Part shown: one piece after another, positions 49,659-60,300 of the stretch | How positions within the stretch are numbered: the first letter of the stretch is position 1 | Layout of the letters: every line of letters begins with the position of its first letter | Assembly (NCBI GenBank): GCA_024276825.1 | Contig: JAJRWI010000077.1 | Location: forward strand, 1 to 64,000 | Reading direction: 5' to 3' | DNA length: 64,000 nucleotides | From: an archaeon | GTDB taxonomy: Archaea > Asgardarchaeota > Thorarchaeia > Thorarchaeales > Thorarchaeaceae | Translations under genes and position numbers: made by a program | The notes under the pieces: generated by a model | The model's database searches: none | What the model saw: the letters and a program-made list of their open reading frames with translations, nothing else | What the model was told of the DNA's origin: nothing

Positions 49659-50630
49659 CTAACCGTTATAGATAAACCTGTATAGATTTCCCACTCCATT
49701 ACTGATGAATGAATTGCCAAACTCTCTGGCCATTGAGCATTGTGCTCTCCAGCCTGTGCAATGACATGGTACAATCAAATTCGGATTATACTTCTTGAGG
49801 TCTCGAATTGTCCGCTTGATTCTCAGTTCATTACTTCTTCCGGCCAGATGAAGCCCCCCTATGATTGCAGTGATTTTTGAAACCCCAGAAATCCTTGTTG
49901 CTTCTTTGATAATATTGATGATTCCTGAGTGACTACAGCCTGTCAGAATTACAATTCCCTTGCCCTTCACATGAACCACCGCAAATCTATCATCCACAAC
50001 CTTTTGATCATCATACCACTTTTCGCCCTCTTGAATCTCATGACCAATGAATCCTCCCTCATATTCAGTAATTCTGGGAACCTCTCCACTCAGAAGCATT
50101 GTGTTGTTTGCAATGAATGTGGGACTATTAGTGAGAACAAGTTCTCCACCACGCCTCGTAATCTCATCAAATGTGAATAGTGGTTTCATCTCTCTATATC
50201 TGGTGCCTGCATCAGTTTCATATCTAACACGACGCTTGTTTGCAGACTTAGGGTGCATGAAAACCCTCACTGATTCCTCCATGTTCTCAAGCAATGATAA
50301 AAGGCCACCTGCGTGATCCCCATGTCCGTGTGAGATTGCAATGGCTTCGATCTCTTTTGGGCTGACATTCAGTATCTCTGCATTATTCAGCAGCACTTGG
50401 CCTGAGCTTCCTGTGTCATATATTATGGTCTGAACATCCCTATCAACATAGATTCTGACCAGTAGCGACAGTCCATGAGTGGCCATCAACTTATGAGGAT
50501 CAAAACTGGGACCAGAAACCCAATGCCTTGCTCGTATAACCTCCTTTCTTTCAACACTGGTCATCTGGTCTATGATGTTGTCTACAAGAGATATGATCTC
50601 TACTCTATCTACAGGCCGAATTTTGGGCAA
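49659..50630 (-). CDS. MBL-fold metallo-hydrolase
   Basis: HGLS, YDTG, SHGHGDHAGG, GCSHSG, GGLHL and PCHCTG motifs. Confidence 0.9.
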   Translation of the reverse strand: MPKIRPVDRVEIISLVDNIIDQMTSVERKEVIRARHWVSGPSFDPHKLMATHGLSLLVRIYVDRDVQTIIYDTGSSGQVLLNNAEILNVSPKEIEAIAISHGHGDHAGGLLSLLENMEESVRVFMHPKSANKRRVRYETDAGTRYREMKPLFTFDEITRRGGELVLTNSPTFIANNTMLLSGEVPRITEYEGGFIGHEIQEGEKWYDDQKVVDDRFAVVHVKGKGIVILTGCSHSGIINIIKEATRISGVSKITAIIGGLHLAGRSNELRIKRTIRDLKKYNPNLIVPCHCTGWRAQCSMAREFGNSFISNGVGNLYRFIYNG

Positions 50631-50642
50631 AATGGCGGCCTC

Positions 50643-51065
50643 TTATAGAATCATGTGTTCTAGACCTTTCTCTCTTAGGACTTCAGGATAGATCTTGTAG
50701 AGTGGTTTGATCTTTGACAGAAGACCCAAAGCCTTGGCTACTGACCCCTGAAGTTTGACCTGCCCTCTGGCCATTGCAATTGTTGTGTTCAGCTTGCCCT
50801 GCCAGAACTTGTTAGTGGTTTCAGATGTACTCCATACTGCAATCTCTGGCTCGACATCTGAATCAAAAGTAAGTGTTCCAATCTCTCCACCCGGACCAGG
50901 GTCCCTAAAGTTTATCGTCATGTGAATCTCTGGCTGCTCGATGTCGAACCTGACTACGATTTTTGATTTTTTGAGTTTCTCCATGACTTCGGTCTGCTGG
51001 GTGGCCAGTTCCCAGAATCTATTGAATACTTCCTTAAATTGCTCAGCGCTCTCAAAGAATGGCAT
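50643..51065 (-). CDS. SCP2 sterol/lipid-binding domain protein
   Basis: C-terminal GKLN...AMARGQVKLQGS SCP2 signature. Confidence 0.82.
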   Translation of the reverse strand: MPFFESAEQFKEVFNRFWELATQQTEVMEKLKKSKIVVRFDIEQPEIHMTINFRDPGPGGEIGTLTFDSDVEPEIAVWSTSETTNKFWQGKLNTTIAMARGQVKLQGSVAKALGLLSKIKPLYKIYPEVLREKGLEHMIL

Positions 51066-51200
51066 TATATCTCACCTGTAATTATGTCCTGCGTTCCAAC
51101 TGAAAACTTTTGGGATTCTTGTTATCTGGCATAAATTAGCGAAATTTGAAATATTCAACTACCTTCTAATACATTGACTGATTGAGAATTTTGAACTCAA

Positions 51201-52871
51201 TTAACCGCGATAGCCATTAACAATGGGCATTTTCCATCCTATTCCAAAGGCCTTTTTAGTTATCTTGATGCACGGGGGTGCCTGCCATCGCTTATACTCA
51301 GCCCTCCTGATACGTGAATATACATCCTCGACCACATCCGGGGGATAGCCCATTTCAATCAGTTCTTTCTTACTACGTCGGTTCTCCACTATCTCATCAA
51401 CCATTGGACTAACAATATCAAAGTCAAAAGGGTCATATTGGTCTGGCCTTAATTCGGCCGAAGGGCGCTTCTCAATACTCCCACGCGGAATGATATGACA
51501 TCCTGCCCTTCTGTTCACATACTCGGCAAGTCTGTATACTTCAAGCTTGCTGACATCACCGATGACTCCGACCCCTCCTGTCATGTCACCATAAAGTGTG
51601 CAATAGCCAAGAGCGAGCTCTGTCTTGTTTCCTGTGTTGAGGACGAGTATTCGAAGGTCTCTCAAGCGGTTTGAGATGTCCATCAAGATGTTGCCTCTGA
51701 CACGAGGCTGAATGTTTTCATCAGCGACTGGGTCATCATGTTCCTTACTGACACCAAATAATAATCTCAAGTCTTCTAATGGGGCATCAAGCGTACAATG
51801 ATATTGATCAACAATCTCTTGTATGGGTATTGTAAGATACTTTATCCCCAAATTCTCTGCGAGAAGTTCTGCATCGGACTTGCTGTGATCGCTTGAGAAC
51901 CTTGATGGCATAGAGATACCAATCACATTCTCGGGACCAAGTGCTTCAACAGCAATAGCAGCTGTCACGGATGAATCGATACCCCCACTTAGCCCAAGAA
52001 CGGCCCTCTTAAAGCCAGTCTTTCTAAAATAGTCACGAATGCCCAGCGCCAGAGCCTTGAATATCTCAGCATCTTGATCATACGGGGGAAAGTCCACTTT
52101 ATTTGCAGTACCCTTGATCACATCCAAATCAACAACAATTAGCTCCTCTTCAAATGCAGTCCCATAGGCTATTAGATCACCATCACAATCACAACCCAAA
52201 CTCTGACCATCAAATACAAGTTCGTCCTGACCTCCGATTAGATTGGCAAGAAACATGGGTACTCCATTTTCTCTGGCCTTGTTTTGAATGAGTTCGAATC
52301 TCTCTTTACACTTGCCCACATGAAATGGGGATGCTGAGATAATGATGATGAGTTGGGCCCCCCTTTCACACAGAATCTTTGAAACCTTAATGTCATATGA
52401 GTCATCCCAAAGGTCTTCACAGATCTCAATGCCAACTTTAAGTGGTTCTCCTAGCAGATTAATGTCTACTGGCTGTATCTCATCAATTGTAGCAGGTTTG
52501 AAATATCTGACCTCATCAAAGACATCGTAGGTGGGCAAAAGTGTCTTGTGAATGATTCCCTCAATTCTCTTATTGCTGATGACAGCAGCTGCATTTCTAA
52601 TAACCCATGAGTCGTCAAAGTCAGCAAACCCAACAATGATTGTGATACCCTCTGAATGATCAATGATTCTGTTCAAAGCAGCCTTGTTCAAACGCAAGAA
52701 CTCATGATCAAAGAGCAGGTCAAGTGGTGGATAGCCTGTGATTGAAAGCTCTGGAAACGCAATCAGGTCAACCTCTTGCTCCTTGGCCTTCTTCACCCAA
52801 TCAATAATCAACTCCGTGTTGCCATCAATGTCACCGACTGTTGTGTTGATCTGAGCAAGCCCGATTCGCAA
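51201..52871 (-). CDS. nadE: Glutamine-dependent NAD+ synthetase
   Basis: Nitrilase domain (FPEL, ICEDLW) plus SGGIDS, ENIQPR.R, GNKTE and AEYKR.Q motifs. Confidence 0.96.
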   Translation of the reverse strand: MRIGLAQINTTVGDIDGNTELIIDWVKKAKEQEVDLIAFPELSITGYPPLDLLFDHEFLRLNKAALNRIIDHSEGITIIVGFADFDDSWVIRNAAAVISNKRIEGIIHKTLLPTYDVFDEVRYFKPATIDEIQPVDINLLGEPLKVGIEICEDLWDDSYDIKVSKILCERGAQLIIIISASPFHVGKCKERFELIQNKARENGVPMFLANLIGGQDELVFDGQSLGCDCDGDLIAYGTAFEEELIVVDLDVIKGTANKVDFPPYDQDAEIFKALALGIRDYFRKTGFKRAVLGLSGGIDSSVTAAIAVEALGPENVIGISMPSRFSSDHSKSDAELLAENLGIKYLTIPIQEIVDQYHCTLDAPLEDLRLLFGVSKEHDDPVADENIQPRVRGNILMDISNRLRDLRILVLNTGNKTELALGYCTLYGDMTGGVGVIGDVSKLEVYRLAEYVNRRAGCHIIPRGSIEKRPSAELRPDQYDPFDFDIVSPMVDEIVENRRSKKELIEMGYPPDVVEDVYSRIRRAEYKRWQAPPCIKITKKAFGIGWKMPIVNGYRG

Positions 52872-52949
52872 CTAATCTCACCATCAATCATTGGATGGTT
52901 CTATGATGCTGTTCTATGTTTTGAGTCTTGTCAATTGGTCGGTGTTTAC

Positions 52950-53603
52950 TTAGAAATCAAATGTGAGGGCCCTGACCTTCCCCTTGGATTCGACCAGTTC
53001 CTTCAACATCTTTGATGCAGTTTCATAGTGTTCAATTGCCAAATTGATTGATGCTTCAGACTCGGGGTCATATTCAATCCCAATATGGGCGAAGATATCC
53101 TCGAATTGATCGATTGAGTCTTCTATACCATAGATATGAAGAATGGAGTCACATACATGATATCGCACAAGATACTCAGGATCAATCACTGCTCTGAATA
53201 ACGCGTCAATTACTTCTGGAATGGGGAAATGTTTCAAACTCAATGCGGCCTCTAGCCTGAAATACTCGCTATCATTTTCTAGAACCTCTATTATATTGCC
53301 CACATATTCAGTTGACTCTTCTATGACACAGAGTGCGATCGCAACATGTATCTTCAGCATTTCTGTGGCTTGTGGCAACATCTCTTTCAGGTGTGGAACT
53401 GCCTTTTCTGATCGTAATTCACGGAGTCCAATTGCCCCCCAATAACTCCCTGATTTCATCGCTCCTATAAGCATGCCCTCTGCCTTCGTACGTTCTTCTC
53501 CTTTCAAGCGAATGACCGATTTTGTATCAATCCCATCATGCCACATCATATACGGATCGCCAAAGTAGTTCTCCATGAAATACTCCCAATCTTTGCTTGA
53601 CAT
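52950..53603 (-). CDS. HEAT-repeat-like protein
   Basis: Repeats KAVPHL..ML, FRLEAALSL and D.EYLVRYH. Confidence 0.75.
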   Translation of the reverse strand: MSSKDWEYFMENYFGDPYMMWHDGIDTKSVIRLKGEERTKAEGMLIGAMKSGSYWGAIGLRELRSEKAVPHLKEMLPQATEMLKIHVAIALCVIEESTEYVGNIIEVLENDSEYFRLEAALSLKHFPIPEVIDALFRAVIDPEYLVRYHVCDSILHIYGIEDSIDQFEDIFAHIGIEYDPESEASINLAIEHYETASKMLKELVESKGKVRALTFDF

Positions 53604-53688
53604 TCTGCATCACTCTTGAGTTGCACATCATTTCAAGTTTTAATTTCTGTATTGTCATATGATAAACAATGGACCAAAAAGAGAGAGA

Positions 53689-53712
53689 TTGCTGAGGTCT
53701 GAACCTCAGCAA
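53689..53712 (-). terminator. Terminator-like hairpin after the thiolase-DUF35 pair
   Basis: TTGCTGAGGT-CTGA-ACCTCAGCAA, a 10-bp stem followed by a pyrimidine/T-run on the minus strand. Confidence 0.65.
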
Positions 53713-53719
53713 GGATATT

Positions 53720-54376
53720 CTATTTCAGGGTGGCAACCCACTCATAGACTGGCTTGCAGAGTTCTTTCATTCGCTCTTTCTCGGGTGTCATCGGACCGGG
53801 TTTCCAACCGTCAGCGGGCTCAAACCAGAAGTCGGTGATTGTTCCACGACGGTCCCCATCAGGTGCCCAGACAACTTTCACTGGCATACCAAACTCTGCA
53901 TCCCATGGGTCGATGCCACGCAACTCATTTGCCACTGCAGTCTTGCAACCGTCAACGACAACATATGCAAGAACAAATGGAAGTCGCTTGAGGGATGACT
54001 TACCGCTCCAGCCTGCAATCGTGAAGGTATGAACATAGCCCTCTGGCTTGAGTTTGATCCACTCTGCCTTCTCGAGGTTGCAGTCTAAGTTCCAGCAGTT
54101 CACTCTGGGTGGGAAGAACTTATCGCCGCATTTCGGACATTGTGTGCCCCAGAGTTCCTTATCGAGGAGACCCTTACCCATCTTAGACAATTCAGCATAT
54201 TTCCAGTAATAGAGCTGATCATAGTGAAGATAGACTTTGAATTGCTCCTCCTTCTCATCCCAATCATAGCCACAGAAATGGAAGCCATGTTCTCGCACAT
54301 CGCCACGGAAGTCGTTTGAATGCTTGTCGTTAAACTCTACTTTATCGGGAATGCGGTGTAGTCTTTTATCAGTCAT
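53720..54376 (-). CDS. DUF35 Zn-ribbon/OB-fold protein with N-terminal extension (start MTDKRL)
   Basis: CPKC...PPRVNC...C, GYVHTFT and FGMPVKVVW motifs; GGAGG RBS overlapping the thiolase end. Confidence 0.88.
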   Translation of the reverse strand: MTDKRLHRIPDKVEFNDKHSNDFRGDVREHGFHFCGYDWDEKEEQFKVYLHYDQLYYWKYAELSKMGKGLLDKELWGTQCPKCGDKFFPPRVNCWNLDCNLEKAEWIKLKPEGYVHTFTIAGWSGKSSLKRLPFVLAYVVVDGCKTAVANELRGIDPWDAEFGMPVKVVWAPDGDRRGTITDFWFEPADGWKPGPMTPEKERMKELCKPVYEWVATLK

Positions 54377-54378
54377 TT

Positions 54379-55641
54379 TTACGGCCTCCTTAAAATGAAG
54401 TTTGAGATACTTGTTCCTGTACCAGCATGACTGTTCACAAGACCCGTCTGCGCATCTTTCACATATGTCTTTGAACTCAGATGTTTCTTTGGAATCTGGT
54501 CGGTCAGCTGATAGTAGCACTCAATTGCAGACATGATACCTGTGGCTCCAACGGGATGACCAAAGCCCATGAGACCTCCACCAGGATTAGTGGGAACATC
54601 ACCCTCCATGAAGGTGCGTTTCTCACGGACAAACTCCTTGATATTGTCCTTATCACACCAGTAGAGAGCCTTATAGATCTGGGTCTCAGAAGAACTGAAT
54701 GCATCATGAATCTCTGCGACATCAATTTCCTTTGCCGCTCGCTTGTACTCAATTCCAGCCATGTCGTAGGCCATCTCTCCAGAACGTCTGCATGCTGCAA
54801 ACTCTGTCATGTCTGGATAGCCTTCACCATAGAGCTTTGTCCAGCCTGGGAAGTGAAGACGATCTCCCGCTCGGATTGTGCAGCTACTTAGGCCTGCACC
54901 GTCAATAACAACATACTTGTCATCAGCATATTTCTTGGCCCACTCCTCTGTTGTAATGAGGGCGAATGCTCCTCCTCGACTCATCAGACAACAGTCGTAT
55001 CGCTTCAATGGATAACTGATCAATCTGCTGTGCAAAATATCATCGACAGTGAGGTCTCGTTTGTACTTTTGATATTCACCACGATACCACTGAGTCTTGG
55101 GGTTGTCAGCAGCATAGTTCCTGTTCTTTAGAGCAGCCAAGGCAAAGTCTTCTTCTGTAAGATCATGTTCTTTCATGAACTTGTATGCCATTGCTGCATA
55201 GTAGATTGGATAGATTCCCCCAGCCAGTGCCTCATATCGGGTGTCTGAGGCAAGAGCAATGAATTCAGAGCCTTGGGACTGCGTAACATTGTCCATTGTT
55301 TCCCAGCCAGCAACCCCCACAACGTCAAACATGCCTGATTTCACAGCCATGAATGCGGCGTAAAGGGCCGAACCTCCAGTATTTCCTCCGTTCTCAACTC
55401 TAAAATGCGGTAGACCCACCAACCCCAGATGATCATGCACAATCCACTCGGGGCAGAGTTGTTTGCCAAAGTGTACTGAGAAATGCGAGTAGACCATGAA
55501 TTGCAGGTCTTTCAGATGAAAGTCTGGAATGTCTTGTTGCGTTTCTACAATACAGTTGGCAATCATAGCCTCTGGTGTGATATGCATTGGATAATCAAAA
55601 GGAGTCGTGGCACCACCTACTAAACAGACCTTACGACTCAT
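54379..55641 (-). CDS. Thiolase-like protein
   Basis: DCCLMS.GGA, EIHDAF and GHPVGATG motifs. Confidence 0.9.
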   Translation of the reverse strand: MSRKVCLVGGATTPFDYPMHITPEAMIANCIVETQQDIPDFHLKDLQFMVYSHFSVHFGKQLCPEWIVHDHLGLVGLPHFRVENGGNTGGSALYAAFMAVKSGMFDVVGVAGWETMDNVTQSQGSEFIALASDTRYEALAGGIYPIYYAAMAYKFMKEHDLTEEDFALAALKNRNYAADNPKTQWYRGEYQKYKRDLTVDDILHSRLISYPLKRYDCCLMSRGGAFALITTEEWAKKYADDKYVVIDGAGLSSCTIRAGDRLHFPGWTKLYGEGYPDMTEFAACRRSGEMAYDMAGIEYKRAAKEIDVAEIHDAFSSSETQIYKALYWCDKDNIKEFVREKRTFMEGDVPTNPGGGLMGFGHPVGATGIMSAIECYYQLTDQIPKKHLSSKTYVKDAQTGLVNSHAGTGTSISNFILRRP

Positions 55642-55673
55642 TTTTATTCACTTGTAAATTTTTTCGCCAAAAA

Positions 55674-55722
55674 TGGCATTGATCGCTGTGCCAAAACCAT
55701 GCGACATCCTACTTAATAGCTT
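55674..55722 (+). repeat. 49-bp imperfect direct repeat, copy 1
   Basis: TGGCATTGATCGCTGTGCCAAAACCATGCGACATCCTACTTAATAGCTT; 44/49 identical to 57212-57260. Confidence 0.9.
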
Positions 55723-55828
55723 CGGCAGGCTAACTCACATTAAACGTAATGACTGAAGATTGCAGAACCATACTGTTTGAATCTTGCTAAACTCCAAGGC
55801 TGTCTGCAGACATGTGGAAGTTATTGTA

Positions 55829-55858
55829 TTTAGCGAACAAATCAAGATGTTCGCTAAA
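55829..55858. promoter_or_regulatory. Inverted repeat, putative operator upstream of the SatD islet
   Basis: TTTAGCGAACA-N8-TGTTCGCTAAA, perfect 11-bp arms. Confidence 0.55.
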
Positions 55859-55931
55859 ATAATAAACATTAATCAATATTCATTAAATCAGTAAACTTAT
55901 ATTGAAATTTGATAGATGTAAATTGATAAGG

Positions 55932-56414
55932 ATGAATGCACGAAACAGAGAGTTCAGTTTGGTGGGAATTATTATCAGCCTTGTGTTCCTAATACTCAGT
56001 TCCTCTCTTCTTCAGAATATGCAACTGGGCAGCCTGATAGTCATAATTTTTGGCCTGATTCTAAATATAGCATTGCCCGGCCTAATTATTGATTTCCTCT
56101 CAGATCGGCTTGATGTTGCAAAGTGTGGAGGTCTTCCAAATGGTGGGTTCCTTATCGGTTGTACAGAAAGAACTATGATTTTTCTTGCTTTCCTAATTAG
56201 TTATTATGATGGTAATTTCTCCTATGCATCAATTCTAAGCTTTCTCTCAATAATAATAGCAGGAAAAGCAATTTTCCGATATTCTGGTCATGAAACAAAC
56301 AGTCGCAACTGTGCTGATTGGCATATTCTTGGTACATTTCTTAGCATAACTATGGCTCTAGCATTGACATGGCTAATATTCAAGTTTCTTCTAGTTGGAT
56401 GGACACCCCCATGA
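55932..56414 (+). CDS. Small membrane protein (DUF3307/SatE-like)
   Basis: G..IG..ER, AGKAIFRY and ILGTFLS motifs typical of SatD-associated membrane proteins. Confidence 0.72.
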   Translation: MNARNREFSLVGIIISLVFLILSSSLLQNMQLGSLIVIIFGLILNIALPGLIIDFLSDRLDVAKCGGLPNGGFLIGCTERTMIFLAFLISYYDGNFSYASILSFLSIIIAGKAIFRYSGHETNSRNCADWHILGTFLSITMALALTWLIFKFLLVGWTPP

Positions 56415-57019
56415 TTGCGGTCATTATAGATCTTATAGAATCAAGAAAAATGTCACAATCAAGAAGGCGAACAACCGACAAATTGATTCGCAAGTTATTG
56501 AATAATACCTATGTACGGTTCGAAAAATATTGTCAGGCCATACCCTCTCTGACTCAAGGTGATAGTATAGAGCTGCTCGTAAACCATTGGACTCCAATTA
56601 TTTTTATTTTTCATAGTCTTCTTAAAAATGGCTTGAAGTTTAATGTCGGTTTTGGAACAGGAAAAATCATCATCAAGAAGAAAAATGCAGATGACTGTGA
56701 TGGTCCTGCTTTTTGGAATGCACGTGAAGCAATTAATATTGTGAAGAATAGGAAACAACTTCGTAGAGGAGCAGAAGTAGTACTTGACAAGAACACTCCC
56801 CCCGAAGAAAAATGCACAATCTCAAACTCAATACTTTTCTTGACAAGCCTTCTGAACCTCTCCCCCAAGCAACTTCAATATAGCTACTACTACATCTGGG
56901 AAGAAAAACAAATCACGAAAATAGCTAAGATTGTTAAAAGCACAAAGGGCAATGTCAGTATGGTCCTAAATAGATCTTCATGTTTTCTCCTTGATAGAAT
57001 GGTTTCATTTTATGAATGA
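56411..57019 (+). CDS. SatD-family protein
   Basis: AVIIDLIESRKM, TQGDSIE, GFGTG, DGPAFWNAREA and a C-terminal HTH; ATG overlaps the upstream stop. Confidence 0.85.
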   Translation: MIAVIIDLIESRKMSQSRRRTTDKLIRKLLNNTYVRFEKYCQAIPSLTQGDSIELLVNHWTPIIFIFHSLLKNGLKFNVGFGTGKIIIKKKNADDCDGPAFWNAREAINIVKNRKQLRRGAEVVLDKNTPPEEKCTISNSILFLTSLLNLSPKQLQYSYYYIWEEKQITKIAKIVKSTKGNVSMVLNRSSCFLLDRMVSFYE

Positions 57020-57211
57020 GTATTACCTAATTTGGGTTGCGCGTAGATGCATAGAGCTAGGACAAACTTGAGGGTGGTCTAAATAGTCTCATCAGAGATC
57101 AAAGTCTGAAATGTGCCCAGTGCCGTTCCTGGGCGGACGGGACTAAGATGTCCAAGAATGTCCAATTTACAATGAACGGTAAATTTGTACTCGAACTTTA
57201 TTACTCATAAT

Positions 57212-57260
57212 TGGCATTGATTGCTGTGCCAAAACCATGCGATGTCCTACTTGATAACTT
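57212..57260 (+). repeat. 49-bp imperfect direct repeat, copy 2
   Basis: TGGCATTGATTGCTGTGCCAAAACCATGCGATGTCCTACTTGATAACTT. Confidence 0.9.
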
Positions 57261-57332
57261 AGCCAAGTTGTTGGAGAACACACCACTTGCTTTATCAGGA
57301 TACTAGGCAAGGTAAGAATCAGGGAGGCCAAA

Positions 57333-60300
57333 TTGTGTTCAAGAAAGCTGTTAATATTCGGACTGATAATGCTGATTACGCTCTTTCCGACATACTCAAC
57401 AAATCCTAATTCAATATCAGTTAAACCTCTTATAGAGATTCAACTCACGCAAGAGCACTCGCAAGAGTTTACAGAATCAGACCCCATATACATTTGGAGT
57501 GATGATGATTTTTTAACCAATGGCTTCTCTGGATCGGGTACTATTGACGACCCATATACTCTTGAAAGCAAAGAGATATTCTCAGATTACAGTGCAATAC
57601 TAATTCAAGATACCTATGCACACTTTGTCATCCGAAATTGCATTCTAGGAGCAAATGGACCATATTCAGTTCCTGTTAGAATTATAGATGCAGCAAATGG
57701 GCGTATTGAGAATTGTACAATAATCTCTGGTGATTGCGGAGCCGTTCTAAGCTATTCAAAGTCGATTGAGTTTATCAATAACAAAGTTCATGCAAAATCA
57801 TATGGACTTATGATTCGAAACTCAAAAGACAGTCTGGTCAGCAAGAATAGTTTCTATAATTGTGGAATTGATATTTACGGTGAAAAGATAGAGTATTGGA
57901 CAAATGAGATATATGACAACGATATTAATGGTCGGCCGATTAGAATAATAAAAGACAAAGTCAATGTGACAGTTGGTTCAGAAGACTTTGGTCAATTAAT
58001 TCTAATTAACTGCACAAATGTCATTTCTGAAGATATCAGTATTGTCAATAATTCTACTGGACTCGTTATGGGATTCTGTAGTAATATAACAATAAACAGG
58101 ACTACTTTTACTAATAATTATAGAGATCTCTCCTTTATTGCCTGTCAGGACATTGCAATTACAAATTCAATAATGACTAACATCACAGATGGAATTAACG
58201 CGGACTATTGTACGAACCTCGTATTGGACAATGTTACAGCTATTTATTCATCAAGTGATCATAGAGTCTATCTATATTTGTATGATTGTCAAAACATCAC
58301 CATGACAAACTGCATCTTGAATTTCACTGGAAATGGGGTTATAATCAGCTCAAGTGATAACATGCTGATTTCAAACTGCATTTTCATCGGCATTAATAAT
58401 GCAATCACACTTCAACAGGGTGAAACTATAATTGCTAGCAATAATACCTTTGTTGACGCATATTATGTATGTGCATTATATTCTTCTTCCAATTTTAGGT
58501 TCTCTAACAATACCGTTGAGAATTGCCGATACGCTTTTGCTCAGATCTTTGATTGCACGGATATATATGTTAGCGATAACACAATCGCTACATATGGCCT
58601 CTTTTATTGGGGATTTTCAAGGAATTCCAGTTTTAGAAGAAATCATATAACAATAACAGGAAGCGGTGAGTCAGATCTTTCTATGCTGAGTGATTCATTT
58701 ATCGAGAATAATACAATTATAGCTATTAATCCATCATCTGTTGTAATACAGAATTGTGATAATCTCAAAGTTTCTAATAACAAGTTCATCAATGCAGGGA
58801 TTGTAATATCAGGGGAATATCAGATTGGCTCTATCACCTTCTCTGGGAATACTGTGAACAGCCTTCCGATGATTGTTGTCATAAATCAAAATGGACTGAC
58901 ATTTCAAGACTCGCAGATTGGCCAACTGATCATTATCAACTCAAATAATATTGATGTGAAAAATTGCACCTTTACTAATAGTGCGGTTGGAGTTCAGTTT
59001 CTGAATTCAACGGATATCCTTGTATCAGATTCTACATTCTTAAATCTGCGAAAAGCTGGAGTCTTAGTACAAGGCTTTGATATTAATGTTGAAAACTGCT
59101 ATTTTGAAAATGCGACTGTTTCAGGCAGATTGTCTACCAATTTAAGAATAAGCAATTGTTACTTTGTCAATGCGGCGGCTGAGTTTGATAGTTGTCAGCT
59201 GGTCCAAATTAGTTTATCCACATTCATCAATCATCGTATGGAGTGGCAGAAATCGAATAATATTACGTTTGCAAAGTGGAAGATGATTGGAGAACAAACT
59301 AGTTTACGGTTTGTTTGGTGTAATGACATATATCTTAGTTACGTTCAAATCGTTCAAGGAGAAGGAATTGAATTTTCATCTTGCAGCCTAGTGGCTTTGG
59401 TAGACTGTGATCTCGAAATATCTTACCTCCATTTTTGGGATAATTTGAATGAAGGATTGCCTCTTACAGTGTCTAATGTAACCATTAATGGAAAGGAACT
59501 GGGATACTTTGTAGAAATCAATAATGGAAGACTATTTTGTGATAATTATGGTCTAATTATTCTAATAAGATGTTCGAATATCTCAATTTCAGCATCATCT
59601 GGTGAACCTATCCTAGGAATCATGTTATATCGCTCACTGAATTGTACAATTAATGAAGTCACTCTAGAGAGTGAGAAAGTATCAACAGTTCAAATAATAG
59701 AAAGTGAGGATTGCATTGTACAGAATATCCGTCTTATAGGTGGGGGAATTGAGATTTTGGCATCATCAGGAACACTCATTAAAAATGGCACATTTGACTC
59801 TGTTGAAAAGTCATTTAAGATAGTTGACTCATCAGCAGTCACAATTCAAAACATCAGTGTTAATAATTCTGGAGGGATTTTAGAGAGCCATGAATCAAAT
59901 AATCTAGTTGTCAATGGGTCTCGTTGGTACAATACCACCTATTCTCTGTTTATTCATGGTGGAAAAAATTCAAGCTTTAATGGATGTAATTTTACCTATG
60001 TAAACAACTCACTATTATTTATTGAACTGCATGAACTGACTCTCAGTTTTATTGATGTAATTAATAATTCCGATGATGGAATTGTACTAACTAGTGTGAG
60101 CAACTTCACCCTATCCAATTCAAGGGTCATCTCAGCTAATGGGTACGGAATAGTTTTGATGAATTGCAATATTGGTAATATCACTAAAAATCGCGTATAT
60201 TTCTGTGAGAATTATGGCATATACATGGGTTTTGCAAATAACATCACAGTCAAAAACAATGCAATCGGATGGAACAATTTAGGAAATGCAAAGACAGATA

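Noticed and set aside
54377-54520. Cys-rich N-terminal extension of the DUF35 ORF in the track
   Set aside because: It overlaps the thiolase in another frame; the RBS supports a start at 54376.
57112-57145. GC-rich hairpin GCCCAG-N8-CTGGGC as a possible ncRNA or IS end
   Set aside because: Too short, with no recognisable RNA family or partner terminal repeat.
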